From assembly GCA_964535585.1 (NCBI GenBank), contig CAZHTR010000002.1:77169-141168 (forward strand): a stretch of 64,000 bases of DNA, in the 5' to 3' direction. This DNA is from an uncultured bacterium (GTDB lineage: Bacteria; Fidelibacterota; Fidelibacteria; Fidelibacterales; Fidelibacteraceae). The notes beneath the pieces are model-generated. The model was not told the DNA's origin, did not search any database, and worked only from the letters and a program-made list of their open reading frames with translations. This document shows, in pieces, positions 10,328 to 19,207 of this stretch (within the stretch, counting starts at the first letter, position 1; every line of letters starts with the position of its first letter). A program made the position numbers and the translations under genes.

Positions 10328-11623
10328 ATGAAAAAACGCATTTTGTTCTGTCTGTTCAGTGTGCTGATGTTACTGTCGGTACTGAGCGCGAACGATTTTG
10401 TCAAGACCGGTATCAGTGTCGGCCCGCTGCCGTCTGTCGCCTATAACACCGACACCGGTTTTCAGTACGGGCTACTGGCAAATATCTTTTTGTATGGTGA
10501 TGGTAAGATCTATCCGGACTACTATCATAATTTTTATGTCGAGTGGAATCAAACAACAAAAGGAGCAGGCCTGACACAGCTTACCTACGACTCCAAATAC
10601 CTGATCCCCGGCATTCGCATGACGGCCGATCTCAGTTATGTCGTTAAGCAGGCCTGGGGTTTCTACGGATTCAACGGAGCGGAGTCCCAATACAACCCGG
10701 AATGGGTGGACAAAACAAGCGACGACTACAGAAATTCGCTCTATTATGCCATGAAACGCAATCAGTTGCGCTTTACGGTGAATTTTCAGGGCAACATTAC
10801 CGATCAAAGCCTGCGCTGGCTGGGCGGTTTGGGTGTGATGAATTTTGATGTCGGCTCCGCCTCAACCACACGCGCCTGGGATACAAGCTTTGTGGACCAG
10901 AGCACCCTCTACGACGAATTTGTAGACTGGGGTGCCATCGATGCGGCAGAAGCCGACGGCGGTTTGGTCAGCTACGTCAAGGCCGGTGTTGTTTATGATA
11001 CGCGCGACAATGAAGCCTGTCCCATGACCGGTATGTGGGAAGAACTGATAATGACCTATGCCCCCGGATTCATCGGAGAAGGCGGCGGCTGGCTGCAGCT
11101 GTCTGCCATTCACCGTCAATATTTTACGCTGGTACCCGATAAATTATCACTGACCTACCGTTTGGCATATCAGGGCATCATCGCCGGCAAGCAGCCTTTC
11201 TATCTGCAGGGCAATTTGCCGGATTCAAGGAATAATCGCGACGGTCTGGGCGGCAGCAAGAACGTGCGCGGCATCATGGGTTCCCGGCTTGTCGGAGACG
11301 GCTATCTATACGGTAACCTCGAGGCGCGCTGGAAGATCGTCCGCTTTCAGTGGATCGGTCAGAGTTGGTACTTTGGCGTCAACCCCTTCCTGGATGCGGG
11401 TATGGTTGTGCAGCCCTATGATTATGATAAATCCGGTATCGAAGCCCTTGCGACAACAGCAGATTATCTGACAGGCAATAAAGAAACACTGCACCTGGCC
11501 TACGGCATGGGTATCAAACTGGCCATGAACGAGAACATGATCATTTCGGTCGATTACGGATTTGCCGGCAGCCCGAACGACGGCGGTACCGGACTGTATA
11601 TCGCCCTGGGATATTTGTATTAA
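10328..11623 (+). CDS. Omp85/BamA-TamA-family outer-membrane beta-barrel protein
   Basis: Signal peptide MKKRILFCLFSVLMLLSVLSA sits behind GGAGGG. It has VVYDTRDNEACPMTG (a surface-antigen motif) and an aromatic C-terminus GYLY. An alternative ATG lies at 10316. Confidence 0.65.
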   Translation: MKKRILFCLFSVLMLLSVLSANDFVKTGISVGPLPSVAYNTDTGFQYGLLANIFLYGDGKIYPDYYHNFYVEWNQTTKGAGLTQLTYDSKYLIPGIRMTADLSYVVKQAWGFYGFNGAESQYNPEWVDKTSDDYRNSLYYAMKRNQLRFTVNFQGNITDQSLRWLGGLGVMNFDVGSASTTRAWDTSFVDQSTLYDEFVDWGAIDAAEADGGLVSYVKAGVVYDTRDNEACPMTGMWEELIMTYAPGFIGEGGGWLQLSAIHRQYFTLVPDKLSLTYRLAYQGIIAGKQPFYLQGNLPDSRNNRDGLGGSKNVRGIMGSRLVGDGYLYGNLEARWKIVRFQWIGQSWYFGVNPFLDAGMVVQPYDYDKSGIEALATTADYLTGNKETLHLAYGMGIKLAMNENMIISVDYGFAGSPNDGGTGLYIALGYLY

Positions 11624-11643
11624 AAAGCGGATAGTATAAGAAA

Positions 11644-12009
11644 ATGGCAAAATATATCATGATAGCGATGGGCGGTGCCAGCGGCGCCGTCCTTCGCTTT
11701 TTGGTTTCGGGCGTATTTTATGATCCGGCGGACAACGCTTTCCCCTGGGGAACCCTGATCGTCAACGGACTCGGGTCCCTGCTGCTCGGTGTTTTTCTGG
11801 GCTTCAGCCCGGAACAGGACCGGGCGTACTTTTTTCTGGTCGTGGGACTGCTCGGTGCTTTCACGACATTTTCAACCTTCAGTTATGAAACGATCCACCT
11901 TCTCAGGATGGCTGCCGTCAATACGGCGTTGATCAATATCGCCGCGAATGTAGTGGTCAGCTTAAGCGCCGTACTCGGAGGGTATTACTTCTCCGGCCTG
12001 CTTCGCTGA
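11644..12009 (+). CDS. crcB: Fluoride ion channel CrcB/FluC
   Basis: The 121-aa protein has 4 TM segments and the motifs GGASGAVLRF and GAFTTFSTFSYE. Confidence 0.85.
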   Translation: MAKYIMIAMGGASGAVLRFLVSGVFYDPADNAFPWGTLIVNGLGSLLLGVFLGFSPEQDRAYFFLVVGLLGAFTTFSTFSYETIHLLRMAAVNTALINIAANVVVSLSAVLGGYYFSGLLR

Positions 12010-12094
12010 ACAAAAATTCCTATTCCTGTTGCATCCCTTTAAAATATGTCATAATTTCAAAAGGTTATTTATTAAGGAACCGAGAAATTCAAGG

Positions 12095-12128
12095 GCCACC
12101 CCGAGACCGCTTCGAGGTGGCGCGTTTT
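12095..12128 (+). terminator. Candidate terminator after crcB
   Basis: GCCACC (12095-12100) pairs with GGTGGC (12116-12121), extended by a CGA/TCG pair, then GCGTTTT. The stem is imperfect. Confidence 0.4.
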
Positions 12129-12158
12129 ACAATAACCCGTTATTTAGGGAGAGGAACC

Positions 12159-13277
12159 ATGGCAAAATACCGCATAGGCTGGATGCCCGGAGACGGTGTG
12201 GGCAACGAAGTGATGGAAGCCGCGAAGATCGTACTGGACAAACTGCAGTTGGATGCAGAATTTATCCATGGCGATATTGGCTGGGAATTCTGGAAAAGCG
12301 AAGGGGATGCCCTGCCGCAGCGCACGATCGATATGCTGCAGACCGTGGATTGCGCGCTGTTCGGTGCGATCACGTCCAAACCGAAAGAAGAAGCCGAAAA
12401 AGAACTCGCGCCGGAAATGCAGGGCAAAGGAAACGTATATTTCAGTCCCATCGTCCGGATGCGGCAATTATTCGACCTGCATACCAATATGCGTCCCTGC
12501 AAAGCCTATAAAGGCAATCCTCTCAATTATAAAGATGATATCGACATCACGATCTTTCGCGAGAACACCGAAGGCATGTACGGCGGTGTGGAATTTTTCC
12601 CTTTGCCGCAGGAAGTCTATGATGCGCTGGATAAGAATCACCCCAAAATGAAAAAATTCAAAGCGGCCGGACTAGAGAACATCGCCTTGTCTACACGCAT
12701 CATGACCAAACAAGGCTGCGAACGTATCGTGACCAATGCATTCGAATACGCGAAGGAAAAAGGCAAGAAAGCCGTCACGGTCTGCGACAAACCCAACGTT
12801 CTGCGGGAAACGGGCGGACTGATGATCCGTACCGCGCGCGAAGTGGCAAAGAAATATCCCGAAATTGAATTATGGGAAACGAACATTGATGCACAGTGCA
12901 TGTGGTTGGTGAAAGACCCCGGCAATTACGAAGTGATCGTTGCCGAGAACATGTTCGGCGATATTTTGAGCGACCTGGCGGCGCAGCTGGTCGGCGGACT
13001 CGGGTTCGCATGCTCCGCGAACATTGGTACCAAGCTGGCCGTATTCGAACCGACCCACGGTTCCGCGCCCAAGTATTACGGCCTGTACAAAGTCAACCCC
13101 ATCGCCATGATCCTGACCGCAAAGATGATGCTGGACTGGCTGGGTGAGGCGGACATGGCCGAACGGCTTGAAAATGCCGTGGCCGAAGTGATCGCGGAAG
13201 GGAAGGTCCGCACCTATGATATGGGCGGCAGCAATACGTCCCTGGAAGTTGCGGAAGCCATCGCGGCGAAATTATGA
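12159..13277 (+). CDS. Isocitrate/isopropylmalate dehydrogenase-family protein
   Basis: Family motifs IGWMPGDGVGNEV, IFRENTEGMYGG and ENMFGDILSDLAAQLVGGLG. The ATG at 12159 sits behind GGGAGAGGA; the ORF track's 12117 start is less likely. Confidence 0.85.
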   Translation: MAKYRIGWMPGDGVGNEVMEAAKIVLDKLQLDAEFIHGDIGWEFWKSEGDALPQRTIDMLQTVDCALFGAITSKPKEEAEKELAPEMQGKGNVYFSPIVRMRQLFDLHTNMRPCKAYKGNPLNYKDDIDITIFRENTEGMYGGVEFFPLPQEVYDALDKNHPKMKKFKAAGLENIALSTRIMTKQGCERIVTNAFEYAKEKGKKAVTVCDKPNVLRETGGLMIRTAREVAKKYPEIELWETNIDAQCMWLVKDPGNYEVIVAENMFGDILSDLAAQLVGGLGFACSANIGTKLAVFEPTHGSAPKYYGLYKVNPIAMILTAKMMLDWLGEADMAERLENAVAEVIAEGKVRTYDMGGSNTSLEVAEAIAAKL

Positions 13278-13316
13278 TCGCCCCAAGTATGTTTTAAAAA
13301 AATATATCTATTGTGT

Positions 13317-13384
13317 GGAACAGGCATGGGTCTTTGTCCCGAAAATCCGGGACTGCGCCGGACAAGTGCCTGTTCCGTATTTTC
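13317..13384 (+). terminator. Compound hairpin terminator after the dehydrogenase gene
   Basis: The outer stem GGAACAGGCA (13317-13326) pairs with TGCCTGTTCC (13367-13376). It encloses an inner hairpin GTCCCG/CGGGAC (13336-13353), followed by GTATTTTC. Confidence 0.55.
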
Positions 13385-13485
13385 ATAAGCACTTTTATTT
13401 TCAGAGAATTCTTAGAGCACTACGCTGCAAGAACAATGATCGACCGCACAGAAAGCGGGAGTATTATTTTCATTCCTTCCAATTA

Positions 13486-13514
13486 TTGACAAATATACCC
13501 CCTGGATTTAATAA
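13486..13514 (+). promoter_or_regulatory. Sigma70-like promoter candidate for the DUF2089 operon
   Basis: TTGACA (13486-13491), a 17-nt spacer, then TAATAA (13509-13514), in an AT-rich 330-bp intergenic region. Confidence 0.3.
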
Positions 13515-13610
13515 TATTTATAATAAGGCGTGATATTATTAAAATAATTAATAATAAACCTTGCATTGCTTAATTTAATGAATTAATATACGCCGTAAGG
13601 AGAAAATAAT

Positions 13611-13994
13611 ATGATACACGAATGGCAGGTTTTGACAACAATGACGGAAGGGAAACCCCTACGGGTGCTCAAGGTGCTGGTTCCCGAAACGAGTATTCAG
13701 ATCGAAGGGGAATTCGTGCTACCCGCACTGGCGCAATTATCGGTGGAAGATCAGTTGTTCGCCGCGGTGTTCCTGAAGACCCACGGGTCCATCAAGCAAA
13801 TGGAAAAAGTGTTCGGCATCAGTTATCCGACCGTGAAGAACAGATTGAACCGCATTGCCGGGAAGCTGGATCTGGTGCACGTTGATGTGGAGATCGAAGA
13901 AACGGAAACGGACAAGAGTGATCGCCTGAACATTCTGGACAAACTGGAAAGCGGCGAGATCAGCGTTGAAGACGCGTTAAAGGGTCTGGAGTAA
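13611..13994 (+). CDS. DUF2089-family putative DNA-binding protein
   Basis: Segment LSVEDQLFAAVFLKTHGSIKQMEKVFGISYPTVKNRLNRIAGKL (HTH-like) is followed by a SHOCT-like tail ILDKLESGEISVEDALKGLE. A strong SD (AAGGAG) precedes the start. Confidence 0.65.
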   Translation: MIHEWQVLTTMTEGKPLRVLKVLVPETSIQIEGEFVLPALAQLSVEDQLFAAVFLKTHGSIKQMEKVFGISYPTVKNRLNRIAGKLDLVHVDVEIEETETDKSDRLNILDKLESGEISVEDALKGLE

Positions 13995-13997
13995 AAC

Positions 13998-14282
13998 ATG
14001 GGCATCAGGATCATTTCAAAGGACAAAAACGGAAAAACCTTCAGGCTGTGGCTGCCCGGGATCGTGATCGGGTTCTTTCTGCTGCTGGCATTCATGCTGC
14101 TGATCGTTCCTGTTTTTCTTGTTCTGATCGGACTGTTGATCTGGAACCTGATACCGGGACAGGAAGAACGATCCCGCGCTTACACACGGCTCATTTTGAG
14201 TGTTCCAAAGATATTTTGGGCAATGCGTGGATTGACTGTTGACATTGAATCGGAAGATACGATCATTAAAATAAATTTTTAG
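13998..14282 (+). CDS. Small membrane protein (operon partner of DUF2089)
   Basis: The 94-aa protein has one long hydrophobic stretch VIGFFLLLAFMLLIVPVFLVLIGLLIW and lies 3 nt after the upstream stop. Confidence 0.5.
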   Translation: MGIRIISKDKNGKTFRLWLPGIVIGFFLLLAFMLLIVPVFLVLIGLLIWNLIPGQEERSRAYTRLILSVPKIFWAMRGLTVDIESEDTIIKINF

Positions 14283-14292
14283 GAGAAATACC

Positions 14293-14727
14293 ATGAACGA
14301 AGAAAAAATGAAAATACTGAACATGATCTCGGAAGGAAAGATCACGGCGGAAGAGGGTGCCCGGCTGATGGAAGCGCTGGATAAGAAAGAAGAAGCGAAG
14401 ACGGAACATTCCCCCGCGTCCGTTGCCGAAAAAAAGAACGGAGCCGGTCAGTATCTGTACGTGGACGTAACGCCCAAGACAGACAAGAACAGCGAAAAGG
14501 TCCATGTAAAAGTTCCCATGGCGCTGCTTCGGGCCGGTGTGAACATTGTTTCCCTGCTGCCCAAAGATATCCAGAAGACCGTTGACGGCGCCCTGGATGA
14601 AAAAGGCCTTGGATTTGATCTTTCATCGCTCAAACCGGAGAACATCGAACAGTTGATCGAAGCCCTGGGGGAAATGGAGGTCAATGTCGATGCCGAAGAT
14701 TACACCGTGCGGGTATTTTGTGCCTGA
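14293..14727 (+). CDS. SHOCT-like-domain protein
   Basis: The N-terminus is EKMKILNMISEGKITAEEGARLMEAL. An SD (AGGAGA) is present. This is the third gene of the DUF2089 operon. Confidence 0.55.
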   Translation: MNEEKMKILNMISEGKITAEEGARLMEALDKKEEAKTEHSPASVAEKKNGAGQYLYVDVTPKTDKNSEKVHVKVPMALLRAGVNIVSLLPKDIQKTVDGALDEKGLGFDLSSLKPENIEQLIEALGEMEVNVDAEDYTVRVFCA

Positions 14728-14752
14728 TCTTTGCGGTGTTTAGCGGGATAAT

Positions 14753-14781
14753 AAAAAAAGCCAGGACATCTCCGGCTTTTT
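14753..14781. terminator. Bidirectional terminator between convergent genes
   Basis: AAAAAAAGCCaGGA-catc-TCCGGCTTTTT has an A-run on one side and a T-run on the other. It lies between a + gene ending at 14727 and a - gene ending at 14806. Confidence 0.55.
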
Positions 14782-14805
14782 CTATTATGACCATTGTTTC
14801 CTTTA

Positions 14806-15693
14806 TTAGGCCGGGGTATTGCTCCCGAAAAGATCGAGCTGCGGATCCACGGGTTCGTAAAATTTCATCTGGGTTGCCAGTCGCAATTCCCGGCAGACCT
14901 TGTAATAGCTGTTGTGTAGCGCTTCGGCGTTCAGGCTTTCGCACTGGTAGGTATTCCCGAACAGTTCGATATACTTTTCTTTAACCCCGGGGAAATGCTG
15001 ATCCAGTTGATCGTAGTACCATTCCCGCTGTCCCCGGCGCAGGGTCATACCCGGCCAGGCCAGCGCGTATTTGGCGCCGGCATCATGCGCGCGGCGCAGC
15101 AGTCCGGCAATTATTTCCGGGGAATCGGTGATCCAGGGCAGGACGGGGGAAATGACGACCCCGGTATAGATGCCTTCTCTACTCAGCGTGTTCATCGCTT
15201 CAAAACGTCTGGAAGAAAGCGGTGCGTAGGGTTCGATGATAGAGGACAGATCGTCATCGGGGGTTGTGATCGTGAAGGATACCGCCGCATAGATCTTTGA
15301 TATCTCCTTCAGAAGATCGATGTCCCGCAATACAAGATGGCTTTTTGTGATCACGTGAATGGGATAACGAAAACGTACGATCTGCTCCAGCGCCCTGCGG
15401 GTCATGCCCAACTCCGCTTCCAGGGGCATGTAGGGGTCGTTCATGCTGCCTGTTCCGATGGTCAGTTTCTTTCTCTTGGCGGCAAGTTCGTTAACCAGCA
15501 GTTCGATCGCGTTCTCTTTGACCAGAATATCGGCAAAATTCTCGATCTGGTAACAGCTGCTGCGGGAATCGCAGTAAATGCACTGATGCTGACAGCCGCG
15601 GTAGATATTCATATTGTAGGAGATACCGAAGGGATCATATCCGCTGCTGCGCAAAGGGGAAAGAATTGTTTTTGCCTGAATGTTTTTGATCAT
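14806..15693 (-). CDS. Radical SAM protein (SplB/COG1533-like), paralog of 9375..10256
   Basis: It carries MNIYRGCQHQCIYCDS and has the same overall layout as the other copy. Confidence 0.8.
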   Translation of the reverse strand: MIKNIQAKTILSPLRSSGYDPFGISYNMNIYRGCQHQCIYCDSRSSCYQIENFADILVKENAIELLVNELAAKRKKLTIGTGSMNDPYMPLEAELGMTRRALEQIVRFRYPIHVITKSHLVLRDIDLLKEISKIYAAVSFTITTPDDDLSSIIEPYAPLSSRRFEAMNTLSREGIYTGVVISPVLPWITDSPEIIAGLLRRAHDAGAKYALAWPGMTLRRGQREWYYDQLDQHFPGVKEKYIELFGNTYQCESLNAEALHNSYYKVCRELRLATQMKFYEPVDPQLDLFGSNTPA

Positions 15694-15719
15694 AGAAACC
15701 GCGGATCGTGTAGATTAAA

Positions 15720-15824
15720 GAGCACGGAGCACGGAGCACTGGGCACTGAGAAAATTAATGAGATCTCAGCGCCAACTCTCTCAGCGCTCATTTTCTCAGC
15801 GCCCACCCTCTCAGCGCTCAGCGC
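15720..15824. repeat. Tandem-repeat block: GAGCAC(G/T) heptamers, then four 15-bp units containing CTCAGCGC
   Basis: CTCAGCGC starts at 15765, 15780, 15795 and 15810, an exact 15-bp period. The heptamers GAGCACG GAGCACG GAGCACT GGGCACTGAG occupy 15720-15750. Confidence 0.85.
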
Positions 15825-15835
15825 TTTCTTCTAAG

Positions 15836-16864
15836 TTACCACTTCCCTTCTTTCAACACCGTCTCGATCATGGCCAGATAATTCTCGGGTTTTACGTATT
15901 CCGGTATCGAATTGGAGGAGCCCGCGCACCAGCCGCCCTTGTCTTTGGCGATATGAATAAAATTACGCGTCATTTCGCGGATATGCTCCGGTTCGGCGCG
16001 GCAGAGTTGGTCCACATCGATGCCGCCGCAGAGGCAGAGTTTGTCACCCACGCGCTCCTTGAGTTCCGTCATATCCATGGAAATGGGCTCCACGGGATGC
16101 AGGGCCGTGATGCCGATATCGTTGATCAGGTCGTCCATCACATCATAGAGTACACCGTCGGAATGAAAAATAAAGGGAATATTGCGTTTTTTTGCGAGCG
16201 CACCGATGCGCTTCATATAGGGAAAAAGATTTTCGCGGTAGAAGTCCGGACTGACCATCAGTCCCGAGGAATAGGCCAGGTCGTCGCTGTACCACAGCAC
16301 TTTGACAAAATCCATGCTTGCCATGGTCTCGAACATACTGACCACCAGTTCGCCAATCTTGGCGAACATCGCCGTGATCAGGTCCGGATCCTCGTACATC
16401 TTCATGGAAAAATTCTCGAAGCCCAGCATTTCCCAGACCGTGGTATAGATATCGCCGTACTGACCGATGATACCCATATCGTCCGGGATCAGCTTACCGG
16501 CCTCTTCCAGTCGCGAATATTCCAGATCGCTACTTGTTGCCCAGGGGTATTGTTCAAAACTTTCCCAATCCTGCACCACGCCGTCATGTTCGGAGGACCA
16601 ACTGCGGTCCACGGCCACATTGGCGTTCTTGGCGATGGAACGGTTGATCTCGATATGGATGCCCGGCTGGACCTTGATATAATCGTAACCCAGACCGCGC
16701 ATGAAGGCGATCTCGTCCTTCACGCTTGTGGCCGGACGTCCGAAGATCTTTTCCCGCATCTCGGGATGGATCCCGAGTTCGATCAGGGGTATATAATCAT
16801 TAGTTTTATTGAACAAGGTTTTCTGAAAATGTTCAAAATCGGGTTTGCGTAAATGAGAGAACAT
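15836..16864 (-). CDS. Uroporphyrinogen-decarboxylase-family methyltransferase (MtaA/CmuA-like)
   Basis: The 342-aa protein has IPFIFHSDGVLYDVMDDLINDIGITALHPVEP and LCLCGGIDVDQL, typical of the URO-D/MtaA fold. It lies next to a corrinoid protein. Confidence 0.75.
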   Translation of the reverse strand: MFSHLRKPDFEHFQKTLFNKTNDYIPLIELGIHPEMREKIFGRPATSVKDEIAFMRGLGYDYIKVQPGIHIEINRSIAKNANVAVDRSWSSEHDGVVQDWESFEQYPWATSSDLEYSRLEEAGKLIPDDMGIIGQYGDIYTTVWEMLGFENFSMKMYEDPDLITAMFAKIGELVVSMFETMASMDFVKVLWYSDDLAYSSGLMVSPDFYRENLFPYMKRIGALAKKRNIPFIFHSDGVLYDVMDDLINDIGITALHPVEPISMDMTELKERVGDKLCLCGGIDVDQLCRAEPEHIREMTRNFIHIAKDKGGWCAGSSNSIPEYVKPENYLAMIETVLKEGKW

Positions 16865-16873
16865 AAGCCCCCC

Positions 16874-17548
16874 TTATGCGGCAATGCCCAGGAGGCGCTT
16901 GGCTTCCCGGACCGCCTGGTTGGCGTTCTTGGCGTATCCCTCGGCGCCGATCTCTTCGGCAAAACCCGGCGTGACCGGCGCGCCGCCGATAAATATTTTA
17001 TTGTCCAGTCCGTTCGCACGCAGCAGGTCGATCACGCCCTTCATGTTCTTCATGGTCACGGTCAGCAGGGCGGACATGCCGATCAGGGCATTCGGGTTCT
17101 TTTGCGCCGCATACAGGAATTTCTGCGGCATCACATTGATACCCAGATCCTCGATCTCGAATCCCGCGCCCTCCAGCATCATGCAGACCAGGTTCTTGCC
17201 GATATCATGCAGATCGCCCTGCACGGTCCCGATAATGACCTTGCCCAGGATCAGGTCATGCCCTTCCAACAGCAAGGGCTTGACCAATTCGAGTCCGGAT
17301 TTCATCGCCTTGGCGGAAAAGAGCATTTCCGGAACGAAGATCTCGTTGCGCTCATAACGCTGACCCACGATACTCATCGCCGGAATAAGTCCCTGGGTAA
17401 GAATATCCTCGACCGCCATTCCCTCATCAATGGCCTTTTGCGTCAGCTCCCGCACGCCTTCTTTTCCTTCCATCTCTTTGGGAAATTTGGACGTGGCGTC
17501 AATGTGACCCTGTACCACACATGTTTTAATAGATTCCAATAGTGACAT
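16874..17548 (-). CDS. Cobalamin-binding corrinoid protein (methyltransferase cognate)
   Basis: B12-binding DxHxxG motif GDLHDIGKNLV and a later GGAPVT motif. An N-terminal helical cap domain is present. Confidence 0.85.
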   Translation of the reverse strand: MSLLESIKTCVVQGHIDATSKFPKEMEGKEGVRELTQKAIDEGMAVEDILTQGLIPAMSIVGQRYERNEIFVPEMLFSAKAMKSGLELVKPLLLEGHDLILGKVIIGTVQGDLHDIGKNLVCMMLEGAGFEIEDLGINVMPQKFLYAAQKNPNALIGMSALLTVTMKNMKGVIDLLRANGLDNKIFIGGAPVTPGFAEEIGAEGYAKNANQAVREAKRLLGIAA

Positions 17549-17700
17549 AAAAAACTCCCGCTCATTATTTTAGGTATGAAAATATATTGCATGTACGGCG
17601 GATAAACAATGAAAAATCCCGTTCCGGCCGCCGGCGAAAAAAAGGAATGTAAAAATGCCGGAGAATGCCTAATTTACGGGAAAGAAAAAACGGAGCGACC

Positions 17701-19200
17701 ATGAAAAAACTCAAAGAGATCCTTTCGGATATTTACAAGATCGGCGCAGCGGCGGGACTGCTGCAGTGGGACCAGGAAACCTACATGCCCGAAGGCGGCG
17801 GAGCCTTTCGCGCGGATGTTCTGGCGTATCTAAACCTTGCCGCGCACCGGCTGGCAACGGGAAGCGAACTGCGGGACGCACTGGCGCGCCACATCGATCC
17901 GGAAAGCGGGGAATGTATCAACATCACACTCAACGATACTGAAAAGCGTATGCTTACCCTGGTTTGGAAAGAACTGAAAAAGAAACTCGTGCTGCCGGAC
18001 AGCTTTGTCGAAGAAATGTCCAAACATCTTTCCGTCTCCCAGCAGAAATGGGCCGGCGCGCGCAAAGAGAACAATTTTGCCGCCTTTGCGCCCTACCTGG
18101 AGAAGACCCTCGAACTGAAGAAACGCGAGGCCGAATACTACGGATACGAAGAACAAGCTTACGACGCCCTGCTGGACGGTTTTGAACCCGGCATGACCAC
18201 CGCACGGGTCGCCGCCCTGTTCGGCGAACTGAAACCGCGCCTGATCGCTCTGACGGAACGCATCGGGAAAGCACAGCAGATCGACGATACCTTACTGAAA
18301 CAGAGCTTCGACAAGGATGAACAGTGGGCCTTCGGCATGAAGATCGCCAAAGATATCGGACTGGATATGACGCGTGCCCGCCAGGATGTTTCCGCGCATC
18401 CCTTTACCATCGGTATCCATCCCGACGATGTGCGCATCACCACCCGGCTCAATGAAAAGGCGCTGCTCTCGGGACTGTTCTCCACCATCCATGAAGCGGG
18501 GCACGCCATGTACGAACAGGGACTGCCCAAAGCACATTTCGGCACCCCGCTGGGACAGGCGGCTTCTTTCGGCATTCACGAAAGTCAGTCACGCCTCTGG
18601 GAGAACATGATCGGCCGCAGCCGCGACTTCTGGGAATACGCCCTGCCCGTGCTGAAGGGTCATTTCCCCCAGCTGCAGGACGTGGATCTCGCGGACTGGT
18701 ACCGCATGATCAATACCGTCAAGCCCTCCCTGATCCGTGTCGAAGCGGACGAGGTGACCTATTCCCTGCACATCATGCTGCGCTTCGATATCGAAAGCAG
18801 GATGATGAACGGCGAGCTGAAGGTCGCGGACCTGCCGGAGATATGGAATGCCAAGATAAAGGACTATTTCGGGATCGTCCCGAAGAACGACGCAGAGGGC
18901 GTACTGCAGGACGTGCACTGGTCTTTCGGCGGGATCGGCTATTTCCCCTCCTACGCCATGGGCAACCTCTACGGCGCCCAGATCATGAGTACGGCCGAAA
19001 AGGACATTCCCGCATTTTGGGACAAGGTCCGCGCGGGCGACTTTACAGCACTGAAAAACTGGCTGAACGAAAAGGTCCACGCCCGGGGCCATCTTTACGA
19101 CCCCGAAGCATTGATCGAAGTGATCAGCGGCGCCCCGCTCAGCGCGGAACCGTTTATGGATTATCTGGAGAAGAAGTATGGGGATATCTATCGCTTATAG
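17701..19200 (+). CDS. M32 (Taq-type) carboxypeptidase
   Basis: HExxH site IHEAGHAMYEQG plus HESQSRLWEN, DVHWS and GYFPSY blocks. ATG at 17701 (MKKLKEIL...). Confidence 0.9.
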   Translation: MKKLKEILSDIYKIGAAAGLLQWDQETYMPEGGGAFRADVLAYLNLAAHRLATGSELRDALARHIDPESGECINITLNDTEKRMLTLVWKELKKKLVLPDSFVEEMSKHLSVSQQKWAGARKENNFAAFAPYLEKTLELKKREAEYYGYEEQAYDALLDGFEPGMTTARVAALFGELKPRLIALTERIGKAQQIDDTLLKQSFDKDEQWAFGMKIAKDIGLDMTRARQDVSAHPFTIGIHPDDVRITTRLNEKALLSGLFSTIHEAGHAMYEQGLPKAHFGTPLGQAASFGIHESQSRLWENMIGRSRDFWEYALPVLKGHFPQLQDVDLADWYRMINTVKPSLIRVEADEVTYSLHIMLRFDIESRMMNGELKVADLPEIWNAKIKDYFGIVPKNDAEGVLQDVHWSFGGIGYFPSYAMGNLYGAQIMSTAEKDIPAFWDKVRAGDFTALKNWLNEKVHARGHLYDPEALIEVISGAPLSAEPFMDYLEKKYGDIYRL

Positions 19201-19207
19201 AGGGTGA

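Noticed and set aside
11624-11643. Fluoride riboswitch upstream of crcB.
   Set aside because: Only 20 nt separate crcB from the preceding gene, which leaves no room for the crcB RNA motif.
13216-13533. A 105-aa ORF spanning the dehydrogenase stop and the AT-rich intergenic region.
   Set aside because: It overlaps the end of a real gene, runs through a terminator hairpin and a promoter-like AT-rich tract, and has no SD.
15765-15824. Could the 15-bp periodic arrays (also 19208..19282) be a CRISPR array?
   Set aside because: The units are 15 bp in total, with only about 7 variable nt. That is far shorter than the CRISPR repeat-plus-spacer periodicity, there are only 4-5 units, and there are no cas genes.
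15758-17542. Two long + strand ORFs (364 aa and 229 aa) opposite the MtaA-like and corrinoid genes.
   Set aside because: The minus-strand translations carry the clear family motifs (DxHxxG, URO-D blocks). The + strand products are His/Asp/Gly-rich with no motifs. The first begins inside the tandem-repeat array.
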